Source: Squalus acanthias (taxonomy: Eukaryota). From it: 64,000 nt of DNA. Positions 51,206-62,854 of the stretch are shown here, in pieces (the first letter of the stretch is position 1; each line of letters starts with the position of its first letter). Location: NCBI GenBank assembly GCA_030390025.1, contig CM059432.1, positions 141,176,001 to 141,240,000 of the forward strand, in the 5' to 3' direction. The notes below the pieces were generated by a model. It saw only the letters and a program-made list of their open reading frames with translations, was not told the origin of the DNA and did no database searches. The position numbers and the translations under genes were made by a program.

Positions 51206-51812
51206 AGCAGGGACAGGGTACTGGATTTGGATGATCAGCCATGATCGTATTGAATGGTGGAGCAGGCTCGAAGGGCCGAATGGCCTACTCCTGCTCCTAG
51301 ATTCTATGTTTCTATGTAAAAGAGTCCCAACCTGTTCAGCCTATAATTGACACAAACCTTCCTGCTATTTTGATCATACGTATGGATTCTATAAAAAGAT
51401 GGGCCCAACAATCTATGGGCTGTGATCCCAGTATGACTGCTGAGACCAGGCCCACCTCCATCATTGATCCCTGGAGTGTGCAGGGTCAGTGAGAGGGCAC
51501 CAATGGGAACATCCACAGCATCTGCCTGCCCCATGCAACTTGAATATCTGGCACCTGCTCCCATATTGGGGATCATTGTCACAGCAACCGCCCCCCGCCC
51601 CCCCCCCCAGACCCTGTAGTGCCTCCTCTCACTCACTATGCAAACAAGCTAATCCAATTTTTTTTTAGTTACTCTTTATTTGGAGGTCCAGGACTTTGTC
51701 ACTTGTTTCCATCTGGATGCCGATACGCCTCACCTCACTCGGCGCACGGCCTCCAGTCATATGTTGGGTCCTTACTGAACTGGGAAGTGGAAACTTCCAG
51801 CGTAGAGTGTAC

Positions 51813-52656
51813 GGGCTGGATTTTCTCAATGGGAAGCTTTTGGAGGCGGGACTCCCACTTGTCGGGTTTTAGTCCCGCCTCCATCGACTTGTGGCCAACC
51901 CACGCTATTTTCCCTTGATTGACCTTGTTAAGCCCGCCCAGCGGGCCAAGCAGGCCAATTAAGGGAAAGCCGGTTACAGGTGACGTCAGCGAGTGACGTT
52001 TCATCTGTCAAGAGCTTTTGACAGATGAAATGTCATTGTTTGATGGCTCTGTGAAGCTGTCAAACACGGACAATCTGTCCTCTCAGTTGAGCCCTTCCAC
52101 TCAGGCTCAGTTAGAGAGCTCTCCTGAGCAGAAAGCAGAAAGCTGCAGCTTTCGACAGTTCAGCGGCCATTCTGCTTTCTGTGCCGGTGAGATGAGGGAC
52201 TCGAGACCTGAAGGGAGGAAGCCTGCAGGAAGAAGTAAAGGTAAGTAAAACTTATTAAAACACTTTACACTCACTTCACACACTCACCTCTCCACACTTG
52301 CACCCATCACTCACCTGCACACCGGACATCTCGACCCCTCTGACCCCTGCAGACCGACGGCCCGCCTCGCTGACCCTGGCGAGGTTCGGAGCCGTCGGGA
52401 AGCCCACACTTCAGGGCTGAAAATAGGGATTCTCAAAAAAACTGCCTGTTAACTACCTGTTAACAGGCAGTTAATTGGCACTAATCCTCTTCCCGCCTCG
52501 GGGAAGTGGCTCCCACCGCGGGTCGGGTACCCGCCGCCCGGGAAGATGGCACGGAGGCGGGTTGGGGGCGGGATGGGTACCCGCCCCCAGATTCTGCCAT
52601 TTTCCCAGCAGTCCCGCCTCCTTACCCGTCTCCCCCGGGCTGGCAAAATCGCCCCC
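51813..52656. mobile_element. GC-rich PIF/Harbinger-like non-autonomous element
   Basis: gggctggatttt / aaaatcgccccc ends; 3-bp TSD TAC. Confidence 0.7.
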
Positions 52657-53122
52657 TACTTTTTTGAACCCCTCTATCAAATCTCCCCTTAACCTTCCCT
52701 ACTCTAAGGAGAACAACCCCAGCATCAACAGTCTAGTCTCTCCACATAACTGAAGCCACTCATCCCTGGTACCATTCCAGTAAATCTCCTCTGCACCCTC
52801 TCCAAGGCAGCTTTCCTAAAGTGTGGTGCCCAGAATTGAACACAATACTCCAGCTGACGCCTAACCTATAAAAGTTTAGCATAATTTCCTTGCTTTTGTG
52901 CTCTACGCCTCTATTCATAAAGCCAAGGATCCCGTATGCTTTATTGACAGCACTGAGAAGAAGCCACACAATTATAATGTGAAAAATGTGGAAAAAAAGG
53001 AATTGAGCCACATTTCTACAAACAAAATCTGCCAAAGAAGATCCACTAAAGAAATCTTTGGACTTCAAGACTAAAATGTTTTCATCCAGTTATATTTTTT
53101 CAAGTCAAATATTGCGTCTTAC

Positions 53123-53209
53123 TGGAGGTCCTAGGGGCCCAGGTGGTCCTTTGCTGTCTTGAGAACAAGTGCAGGCGTGTGGAAGAGCTGGGCAATTGGC
53201 TTCATCTCT
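53123..53209 (-). CDS. col14a1: Collagen XIV exon, NC3/COL2 junction ([29 protein letters not shown]), 87 nt
   Basis: tttcag/gtaaga; Cys pattern CP..P..C.C of collagens XII/XIV followed by Gly-X-Y. Confidence 0.95.
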
Positions 53210-53614
53210 CTGAAATAAATAACATTACAATTAATCATACGAACATACAAACAAATACGGACAGGTAAAGACCCTTCGGTCCATCCAGCCTGTCCCACAC
53301 AATTTTGATACCTTGTCTATCACAATATAAACACTCCCCACCCCACCTGAGACCATGTCATCTCCTGGGAGAGGCAAAGAAACAGATAAAAATCCAGGAC
53401 AATTTGGGGATAAAAAAAATCTGGGAAATTCCTCTCCGACCCCCTTAGGTGATGAAAGCTAGTCCAGGAGATCACTCTGGCCCTGAATTCCCCGAGGTAC
53501 CTTCCTTTTGTAAGAAATGTGCAACACAAAACTAGTGCTGCGCAGAAATAGGGTACAAATACCAAATTAAACAAGTGGCAGCTTATGTTTTTAACACGCA
53601 GCACAATACTACAA

Positions 53615-54120
53615 AAGGATATCGAGGCACTGGAGAAGATGCCAATAAAATTTGCATGGATGATGCCAGAATGGAGAGGTTATAACTATCAGGAAAGACT
53701 GAACAGGCTGGGGCTCTTTTCTCTAGAAACGAGAAGGCTGGGGGGGGCAACCCAATAGAGGTCTTTAAAATTATGAAGGGGTTCGATAGGGTAAACGTAG
53801 AGAAGGTGTTTCCACTTGTGGGGGAGACAAAAACTAAGGGTCATAAATATAAGATAGTCACTAATAAATCCAATAAGGAATTCAGGAGAAACTTCTTTAC
53901 CCAGAGAGTGGTGAGAATGTGGAACTCGCTACCACAGGGAGTGGTTGAGGCGAATAGTATAGATACATTTAAGGGGAAGCTAGATAAACACATGAGGGAG
54001 AAAGGAATAGAAGGATATGGTGATAGGGTGAGATGAAGAGGGGTGGGAGGAGTGTGGAGCATAAACACCGGCACGGACCAGTTGGGCCAAATAGCTTGTT
54101 TCTGTGTTGCACATTCTGTG
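53615..54120 (+). mobile_element. CR1 3' fragment
   Basis: MKGFDRV...NFFTQRVVRMWNSLP. Confidence 0.85.
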
Positions 54121-55625
54121 TAATCCTCTGTACATAACCAATGCCTACAGTATGGAAACTGAGCTGTGAGAGACCAACCAGGCCCCAGGTTTGATTTGCA
54201 GTGACTTACTGATCTCAACAAGTAGGGATACACTTGGCTTACGCTGTCCCAGGGAGAGGAAAGATGAGCTTGGGTTCCCGTGACTGATCACTGCCCAGTC
54301 ACTCTCGCTGGAAATGTAGTAGATAGATACAGGATTGAGTTCGACAAGGCTGCGCTCGCTCCCCCCCCCCACCCCATCCCATTGTCAAGTAAGTTGCTGC
54401 TGCTCCCTGTCTAGATTCACACATGGGCAATGGGCAAGGCTCTGGGGAGCTGCCAACCATAATACTATTTTCAGCCTGGATCATAGATTTAAACAAGGCA
54501 CAGTGTGATTTCCTGTTTGCTCACCCATTTAGGTTAGACATAAAGGGAACGTTTGGGTGTCAGAGATTTTAAAGGGCAGATGCTTTATTGTATATATATT
54601 TTTAATTTTAATTTTTTCAGCACCTTTTAGTGTTGGTTTCGATTCTACTTTGCTTTTTCTCAACATTGTTTAGTTTTTTTTTGTATTTATGTAAATTTAA
54701 ACTTATAGAATGATACAGCACAGAAGGAGGCCATTCAGCCCATCGTGCCTGTGCTGGCTCTTTGAAAGAGCGATCCAATTACTCCCACTCACCCTGCTCT
54801 TTCCCCCATAGCCCTGAAAAATTTCCCCTGCAATTATTTATCCCATTCCCTTTTGGAAGTTACTATTGAATCTGCTTCCACCGCCCTTTCAGGCAGCGCG
54901 TTCCAGCTCACAACAACTCGCTGCATAAAAAAATGTCTCCTCATCTCCCCTCTGGTTCTTTTGACAATTAACATACGAGGAAGAGTTACTAACTTCCAGA
55001 AATGAGCAAATAAGCTGGGATTAATATAGCCTAAATATGATAAATCATCAGAGTTTTATTGGAAGGAATATGACATTTTATGCCTGTCATAAATAATTTT
55101 AAACAATAGCTGCTTTTAAAATCAGAAGTTTGAGAGTTGGAATGCATGGTAAAAAAATGTTCCCGTCTTGCAATGATGAGATTTATTTTCTCAATGAGGC
55201 TGCTTGTTTTCTTTTCTCTCCTGATTGCTTTCGAAAGTCTGCTTCACTGTGCAGGCGGAGGCTCAGAGAATAAAGCTGCACACAGGCCAGAAGGGACCTG
55301 GATCGCCACGAGTCTCGCGCATATTTATACAAGACTGCTGAATCTGGCCACAGCATGTTTCTCTTTCTCGGCTATTCCTTTTGTTATAAATCTGTAGCTG
55401 CGTCATCTTAGCTTCAATGCCGTTTTATGTGGAAGTGACCTCTCCTGTGGCAAATTGGATCTTACAATGTGTTAAGGATGCTGGCGTGCTGAATTCATCT
55501 CATTTATACTGAAGCTCAGGATTCCGATCAACACCGACAACAAGCATCCAGGAATTCACAGGTGCTCAAAAGCCGCAATCACGACTTTAAACCCACCGCA
55601 CACATGTAATCTTACACTTGAGCCG

Positions 55626-55823
55626 TGACGTAAGAAAACTACTCGGCACTTGGTCTAAGCGTTAAGCAAAGCTTTAATCAACTGTTTTTCAACATGGAGA
55701 TCTAGTTGTGTCCTTCACTAGTTCCTGTTGAGGAATGTCCTCAGCAAGCTGGGCCCATGCCCGAGTATTTATAGTCTCCCTGGACAGTGCCACCAGCAGG
55801 CCGCCCAGTATTACTTCATGTCA
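55626..55823 (-). mobile_element. Small solo LTR, 198 bp
   Basis: TGAC...GTCA termini, perfect 5-bp TSD AGCCG, minus-strand TATAAATA then ATTAAA. Confidence 0.75.
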
Positions 55824-56666
55824 AGCCGTTCATAGAATCATACAGCACAGAAGGAGGCCATTCGGCTCATCATGCCTAGAAACATAGAAGAAGAAACATA
55901 GAAAAATAGGAGCAGGAGTCAGCCATTCGGCCCTTCGAGCCTGCTCCGCCATTCAATATGATCATGGCTGATCCTCTATCTCAATACCATATTCCCGCTC
56001 TCTCCCCATACCCCTTGATGCCTGCGCCGGCTCTTTGAAAGAGCTGTCCAATTAGTCCCACTCACCCCTGCTATTTCCCCCAAAGCTCTGCAAATTTTTC
56101 CTCTTCAAGTATTTATCCAATTCCCTTTTGAAAATTACTATTCAATCTGCTTCCACCGCCCTTTCAGGCAGTGCATTCCAGATCACAACAGTTCGCAGCG
56201 TTAAAAAAATCTCCTCATCTTCCTCTCTGGTTCGGTTGCTTCTAAAGTGGTGTTTGTAACGAATAGTTTCCGACCGCGGACTTTCCGTCAAGTCAGGGCT
56301 CAATCTGGAGAGGCCAGAAAATCTCCCAGCTGGCCTGCACCAATGGGATGACAGCTCCACATGGTGTGTGACCAGAGCAAAATGGCTGCTCAAAGATGGC
56401 TGCTCATGTTTGGCACCTGCACAATTGCACATCCGGCAGCAAAGCCTACTGTTAGGTTGCTCTCTGTGTACCACTGGGTGCTCTAGCCCTTCCTCCTTTA
56501 CATAGGGACTGCCTCCAGTGAGAGGGCCGGTCATTCAGATTGGCTCCCTCACATGGTTTATTGAGACTCGACTATTCCAACGCACTCCTGGCTGGCCACC
56601 CACCTTGCACCCTCCGTAAACTTGAGCTCATCCAAAACTCTGCTGCCCCGTATCCTAACTCACACC

Positions 56667-56703
56667 GTTTCTGATGAAAGGTCATCGACCTGAAACGTTA
56701 AAC
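56667..56703 (+). ncRNA. Minimal type I hammerhead ribozyme motif (Penelope-like end)
   Basis: gttt-CTGATGA-a-aggtc atc gacct-GAAAC GTT-aaac. Confidence 0.6.
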
Positions 56704-57600
56704 TTCTGGATCTCTGGCCACAGATGCTGCCCGATCTGCTGAGCATTTCCTGTTTTTCTGCCCGTAACCTAACTCGCACCAAGTCCCGTTCGCCCATCAC
56801 CCCTGTGTGCTCGCTGACCTACATTGGCTCCCGGTTAAGCAATGCCTCGATTTTAAAGTTCTCATCCTTGTTTTCAAATCCCCCTATGGCCTCGCCCCTG
56901 CCTAGCTCTGTAACCTTCTCCAGCCTTGCATCCCTCCGAGATCTCTGCATTCCTCCAATTCTGGCCTCTTGCGCACCCCAATTTCCTTCACCTCACCATT
57001 GGCGGCCGTGCTTTCAGCTGCCTAGGCCCTAAGCTCTGATTCCTAACCTAAACCTCTCCACCTCTCACTCTCCTCCTTTAAGATCCTCCTTAAAATCCAC
57101 CTCTTTGGCCAAGCATTTAGTCAGCTGTCCTAATATCTCATGTGTCTCGGTGTCACATTTTATTTGATAATCACTCCTGCGAAGCACCTTGGGACTTTTT
57201 ACTACATTAAAGGCGCTATATAAATGGAATTTGTTGTTGTTGTTTACATGGGTCATACAGGCCAGGAAGATCCCAGGTTTAGTGGGTGTTCTACGCTGAC
57301 TTAACAATCTCAGTTGGTAGGGACATTGTGGGGGCGGGGGGGTGGGAGAAAATTACTTATGTCATCCGGCACAGGCAAGATGGGCCGAATGGCCTCCTTC
57401 TCTGCTGTAAGATTCTATGGTGGTAATTTTAACCAAACTCCCCGGACAGGAATCGCACGGAATTGGGTGGATCGCTGGTTTTATGCCCCGTCCAATATTG
57501 ACTTCAATGGCGAGTAAAATCAGGCGGGGTGTAAATCCAGTGTCGCTCCCGATGCCGTCAGTTTCCCCAATGGGCAGGTTAGGTTAGAATTGTGCCCTAT

Positions 57601-58303
57601 GGGGGAGAAATTGGCTCCCTTTGCGCCTCCCGTTATCACCTCCGGGGGGCGGTAACGGGGCGCTAACCACTTACCGCCCGGGCACGGCGAGAATATCACC
57701 TCCCTGCTAAATTCGGCGGGAGGTTTGCGGCGGCGGTATGGCGTTGCGCCCCGATCTCCTTCGCCCGGAGAGCGTGACGTCATCGCCGTGCGCGTCGCCC
57801 CGGTAGCGCCCCGGACCCGAACTTCGGTTCCGCCCCCTGCAGCATCGCCGGGCGACGACACCGACAGCTGCAGGAGGCGTTGATCGGGAGGCCGGGCCGG
57901 GCGCTTCGGGGGCGAAAGTTAAAAGGGAGGTTGCCGAGGTAAGTCCCCAAATTTTTGAAATGGTTTTGCTCAATTTTCTTTTTCCTTCTCCTGGGCCGCG
58001 ATCGATCAGCCCGGCACTCTGCTGGAGTGCATGGGGCTGATCGGGCCGAATCGCGGCCACCGTCAGGGACCGGAATGCAGAGCCCTTAAGGGAGGGAAGG
58101 AGCCTCGGAATGCAGCAGTGCCGCACGACTCATTGTGCAGCGCTGCACAACCAACTCTGTGTCCTTTAGGAAGGAAGTGGAGCGCTTGATTTAGTGCTAA
58201 ACCCAATTTCGTGAAAGCTGGGAATCATTAGCGCCTGGTGCTAAGTTTCCCAGCTTTCAAAGGAAACCGCCCCCAAACGGGGCGATAATGAATTTCTCCC
58301 CCC
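57601..58303. mobile_element. GC-rich PIF/Harbinger-like element related to 32501
   Basis: TIR gggggagaaatt / aatttctccccc; TSD TAT. Confidence 0.8.
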
Positions 58304-58317
58304 TATGTCTCTCGGTG

Positions 58318-59554
58318 ACCCCATCTAATGTGCATGTGTGAGCAAAGGATTAGGCTTAGCCCTTCTGGTTAAATCAAATTGCCAAAACTCATCGTCAAAT
58401 CTCCCGTGTGAATTATTGGCCATTCGGGCAAAGTGCCAGAGGAGGTGTCAGCACCCGTGGGACCATTCTCTCTGGGCAAGGACCCAATGCTGCAGCGGAG
58501 GAGGGGAGGGGAGAAGTGCAGGGATCGCTGCAGATTCACTCAGTCACTGCAGTTCGCATTACAATACAACTTACCACAAAATAATAGCTTGACGCTGGAA
58601 ATAATTTCTCTCCATGACCCTTCCCCCGAAATAAAAATTTTGTGTGCATTTTTGTAAACTGTAAAGGTAATTGTAAATTCATTCCTTAGGGCAAGGCTTT
58701 GAAAATACTTTGATGCTTTAATAAGTTGGGAGTGGATTTCTGAATGCTGGTGGTCCTGTCCCATTCGGCCAGTGACATAAGCCAGTAATAAAGCCTACTG
58801 CCGCGGTCAATCTACATAGACGCTGCTTGGGAAATGGGGGGTGGACAGGAATTCACAGTTGCAGCCTGTTCAGCCCACACACTTGCAATAGAAAACCCTT
58901 GGAAGATTTTTTAGCTCCGGCACCATTCAGCTACTTAAAGAGTGAAAATAATGGACAGTCAGTTTTTGTAATTTGGCAAATGAAAACATTCGCAATTCTA
59001 CCACAAGCTTAACTATCGTGCTATAAATCTAGGGGGAAAAATTGAGTCGCACCCCATTTGGGGCGCTAACTTCGCCGGGGTGCTACTTTTAGCGCCCCGG
59101 AAAAATTAGTGCCCCGTGCCGGAAATTGAGGGGTTGCGCCCCAAGAGGGAAGCGGGGTGCTACTGGAAGTTCCCTGCATCCCTCTTGGGGCGCAGCGAGT
59201 CAATATCTCGGTGCGACGTGCCGTGGTACTGCAGGCCTTCCTCCCCTTCTTAAAGGGGAGGGGCCTAGCGCAGCGCGACCCGGGGCCCAGCTGGGCCCCC
59301 GGGGATCGGGAGTGCCGGCAAAAGAGCCCGGCACTCAAGAGAAGCGATCCCTGCACTTCTCCCCTCCCCTCCTCCGCTGCAGCATTGGGTCCTTGCCCAG
59401 AGAGAATGGTCCCACGGGTGCTGACACCTCCTCTGGCACTTTGCCCGAATGGCCAATAATTCACACGGGAGATTTGACGATGAGTTTTGGCAATTTGATT
59501 TAACCAGAAGGGCTAAGCCTAATCCTTTGCTCACACATGCACATTAGATGGGGT
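58318..59554. repeat. 212-bp inverted repeat (58318-58529 / 59343-59554)
   Basis: Arms are reverse complements; identical peptides in ORFs 58338+ and 59534-. Confidence 0.95.
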
Positions 59555-59666
59555 AATGATAAGCCGATGCAAAATCTTATTGAGACCTCCAATATACTGT
59601 GTGCAGTATTGGGCTTCACGTCATAGGAAGCATATTGAGGCTTTAGCGAGGGTACAGCACAGATCC

Positions 59667-59705
59667 GAGTTCTGATGAAAGGTCGTCGACCTGAAACGTT
59701 AACTC
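59667..59705 (+). ncRNA. Minimal type I hammerhead ribozyme motif (Penelope-like end to about 59775)
   Basis: gagtt-CTGATGA-a-aggtc gtc gacct-GAAAC GTT-aactc. Confidence 0.65.
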
Positions 59706-61199
59706 TGTTTCTCTCTCCACAGATGCTGCCTGACCTGCTGAGTGTTTCCAGCATTTTCTGTTTTTATTTCAGATTTCTATTCGGACGCTGGCTGGTATGG
59801 GGGACTATAAATATAATGAAAAATTTGGAAAACTTGGGGATTTTCTCATTAGAACAATGAAGGTGCGAGGGTGATATCTGTTAAAAGTGTTTGAAAGGTG
59901 GGACGTGAAGGAAACTATTTCCAAAACCTCAAAGGTCTAGAAATGAGGGGACGATAAATCAAGAATAAATGTAAGAGATTTGGAACAGATTGCAAGATCT
60001 CTACACGGCGAGTTGTGAAGCTGTGAAACAACACATCCACGGTTAGTTGTTGATGCAGATGTGATGTCAACTTTCAGGATTAGATTGGATGGATGGATGA
60101 AGGGGTACGGGACCAGGGTGGGTAAATGGGATCAGGACTATTTGCTCGCGTGGAGGGTGAACGGCAACATGGACTAGATGGGCCGAATGGCCCATTTCCA
60201 TACTGCAAGTTCTATGTATTTCTACGCTTCTCGTTTCTAACAACAACTTGCATTTATATAGCGCTTTTAACGTAGTAAAACGTCCCAAGGCGCTTTACAG
60301 GAGTGATTATCAAACAAAATTTTGACACTGAGCCACAGAATGAGATATTAGGACAGGTGACCAAAAGCTTGGTCAAAGAGGTAGGTTTTAAGGAGGAGAG
60401 AGGTGTAGAGAGGCGGAGAGGTTTAGGGAGGGAGTTCCAGAGCTTAGAGCCTAGGCAGTTGAAGACACGGCCGCGCATCCCCGATTTTCATTGCTCCACC
60501 ATTGGTGGCCGTGCCTTCAGCTGCCTAGGTCCTAAGCTCTGGAACTCCCTCCCTAAAACTCTCCGCCTCGCTACCTCTCTTTCCCCCTTTTAAGACGCTC
60601 CTTAAAACCTACCTCTTTGATCAAGCTTTTGGTCACCTGTCCCAATAGCTCCTTATGTGGCTCGGCGTCAAATTAAAAGCACTATTTAAAGACAAGTTGT
60701 TGTTGCTGCTGCTTTGTGCTTGGCCTGGATGGAGGCAAGTTGGGTTCGGGAAGACTGCGTGGCCGGAATGGAATACACCCCCCCCCACCCCCAAATTTCC
60801 ATCGATTCAATTAAATGGATGGAAAAATCAGGCAGGCTCCGCTACAGATGTGTGATTCCCCCCCTCCCCCCCCCCCACCCCTACCTGATCCATGTGCTCT
60901 GCCCAAATAATTATCGAGCACCCAAGTGCAAAGTACGTTGTAAAGTTCACATGTGCTTGTTAACCAGATTGTTACACTGGGTTTTTTTTCCTGCAAATTT
61001 TCATTGAATGTGAATGTTTGGAAAAATAATTGCAACAAAAACAGGCTGAATCAATCCCAGAATTAGCAATTCCGGAGTAAACTGCCGTTAACCCCACACA
61101 AATGCTCAGAAACATCTCCATGTCTCCAAAAGCATAAATATATACAAATCCAGGGACAGCACATCTGCAGAAATCATTGTTATTTTATTCTGTACTCAC

Positions 61200-61277
61200 C
61201 AGAGCTGGAAGTTCACAACACTTGTCCCTGTTTGCATAGGAAGTGGAACAGGAAATATCGAATCCTTGCAGTTGAAA
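61200..61277 (-). CDS. col14a1: Collagen XIV alpha-1 exon, end of TSPN/NC3 ([26 protein letters not shown]), 78 nt, phase 0/0
   Basis: tttctag acceptor, gtgagt donor; matches recalled COL14A1 FQLQMFDIVCSTSWANTDKCCELPGL. Confidence 0.95.
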
Positions 61278-61439
61278 CTAGAAATGAAATAAAAATACTA
61301 CAAGGTAAATCTCTGTGAAAGAGCAAGCGCATTTAATAAGGTCATACGACTTTTCTTAACTACCTAGAAATGTATTCTGCTGTACTAAGTCAACGCCTAC
61401 AGTAAATTGATATAATTTTATTAGCCACAGTAATCACTG

Positions 61440-61890
61440 TTGTATGAGGAAAGATTGGGTCGACTAGGCCTGTATTCACTAGAGTTTAGAAGAATGAGAG
61501 GGGATCTCATTGAAACGTATAAAATTCTGACAGGGCTAGATAGACTGGATGCAGGGAGGTTGTTTTCCCTGGCTGGGGGGTCTAGACCGAGGGGTCACAG
61601 TCTCAGGATACGGGGTAGGACATTTAGGACTGAGATGAGGAGAAATTTCTTCACTCAGAGGGTGATGAACCTGTGGAATTCTCTACCACAGACAGCTGTG
61701 GAAGCCAAGTCACTGAATATATTTAAGAAGGAGATAGATAGCTTTCTAGACACAAAAGGCATCAAGCGGGTATGGGGAGAGAGCGGGAATATGGTATTGA
61801 GATAGAGGATCAGCCATGATCATATTGAATGGCAGAGCAGGCTCGAAGGGCCGAATGGCCTACTCCTGCTCCTATTTTTCTATGTTTCTA
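61440..61890 (+). mobile_element. CR1 3' fragment, same subfamily as 12014
   Basis: YEERLGRLGLYSLEFRRMRGDLIETYK. Confidence 0.9.
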
Positions 61891-62854
61891 TTTCTAAAGT
61901 AAATTCAGACGTTTCACGGGTGGTACACACACACACACACACACACTAGTGATGTCATCTGTCTAGCCCTGGACCACACAAACTGGTGAACTGTCCAGAA
62001 ATTTATTCAGTGTAAACTGGACAAAAAGCCAGTTTTTTTAAAAACTAATTAATGATGCGGTCCATTCGTTATTAATGTTTACAAAGAATTCTCAGCATCA
62101 GCGAAGCAAATATCAGAAGTCAAGCTACGACGACATTCATTTCCAACATCACAACAGAGACTACATTTCAAAAGTACTTCATTGGCTGTGAAGAGCTTTG
62201 GGACGTCCTGAGGTTGTGAAAGGCGCGATAGAAATGCAAGCTCTTTCTTTGTTTCTTTTCGTTTCATGATTTGACCCAAGATGCGTTGTCGGAGGTAATC
62301 GCTGTCGGAGGCTGTTTCCGTGTATCCTCCAACTGCTGTGCGATTGTCGAAAAGTGACCGTCGGCTGTTTTGAGTTTGGCTGTGAGCACGGACTGAACTC
62401 TTAGTCCACCTGTACAGGTAGACAAGCGTTTCCATCGCTAGTCTCAGCCTCGTGCAGATCTTGCCTCAACATTGGGGAGAATCCAGACTAGATCGGCAAA
62501 GCCACAAATGCTATTTTGAGGAGGTGCACATCTGGCAGTTATGCATTGTGGCTCATGTCTGCACCACAATATAAACAGGGCTGCGTTCGAAAGAAAAGAA
62601 AGTGGATTAAATTATAGAATGACCTCCATTGGAAGTGATTCTGTAATATAAACGGGGTACGATACCTATGGCCGATGGAACATCCCATTGCCCAATTTGT
62701 TTCATAATGTCACAATGTTATCATGTGTATTGGAGGTACTGTTCACATCTATCAACTGCAGGAATTCAGCCCCTATGGTCAGTGAATAATAGGCCCGTAA
62801 GTTGCTACAACATGTTGCACTAGGTTAGCTTGATGGGTCGGATGGCTATGAAGG

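Noticed and set aside
51200..51317. SINE tail exchange creating a new chimeric SINE
   Set aside because: More simply a separate CR1 3' fragment inserted at the end of a deleted SINE tail; single instance
57601..58303. CpG-island promoter of a host gene
   Set aside because: Bounded by TIRs and a TSD, with related copies elsewhere in the window
58338..58592. Duplicated small protein gene (identical peptides on both strands)
   Set aside because: By-product of the inverted duplication; GTG start, no splice context or recognisable motif
7321..61277. Identification as col12a1 or col20a1
   Set aside because: DKCCELP, GLSIQG, CEQLIQSH, CDPSSC and both NC1 tails fit collagen XIV better as recalled; a phylogeny would confirm
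62079..62435. 118-aa minus-strand ORF as the next upstream col14a1 exon
   Set aside because: No resemblance to the expected TSPN sequence, and part of it runs through a SINE tail
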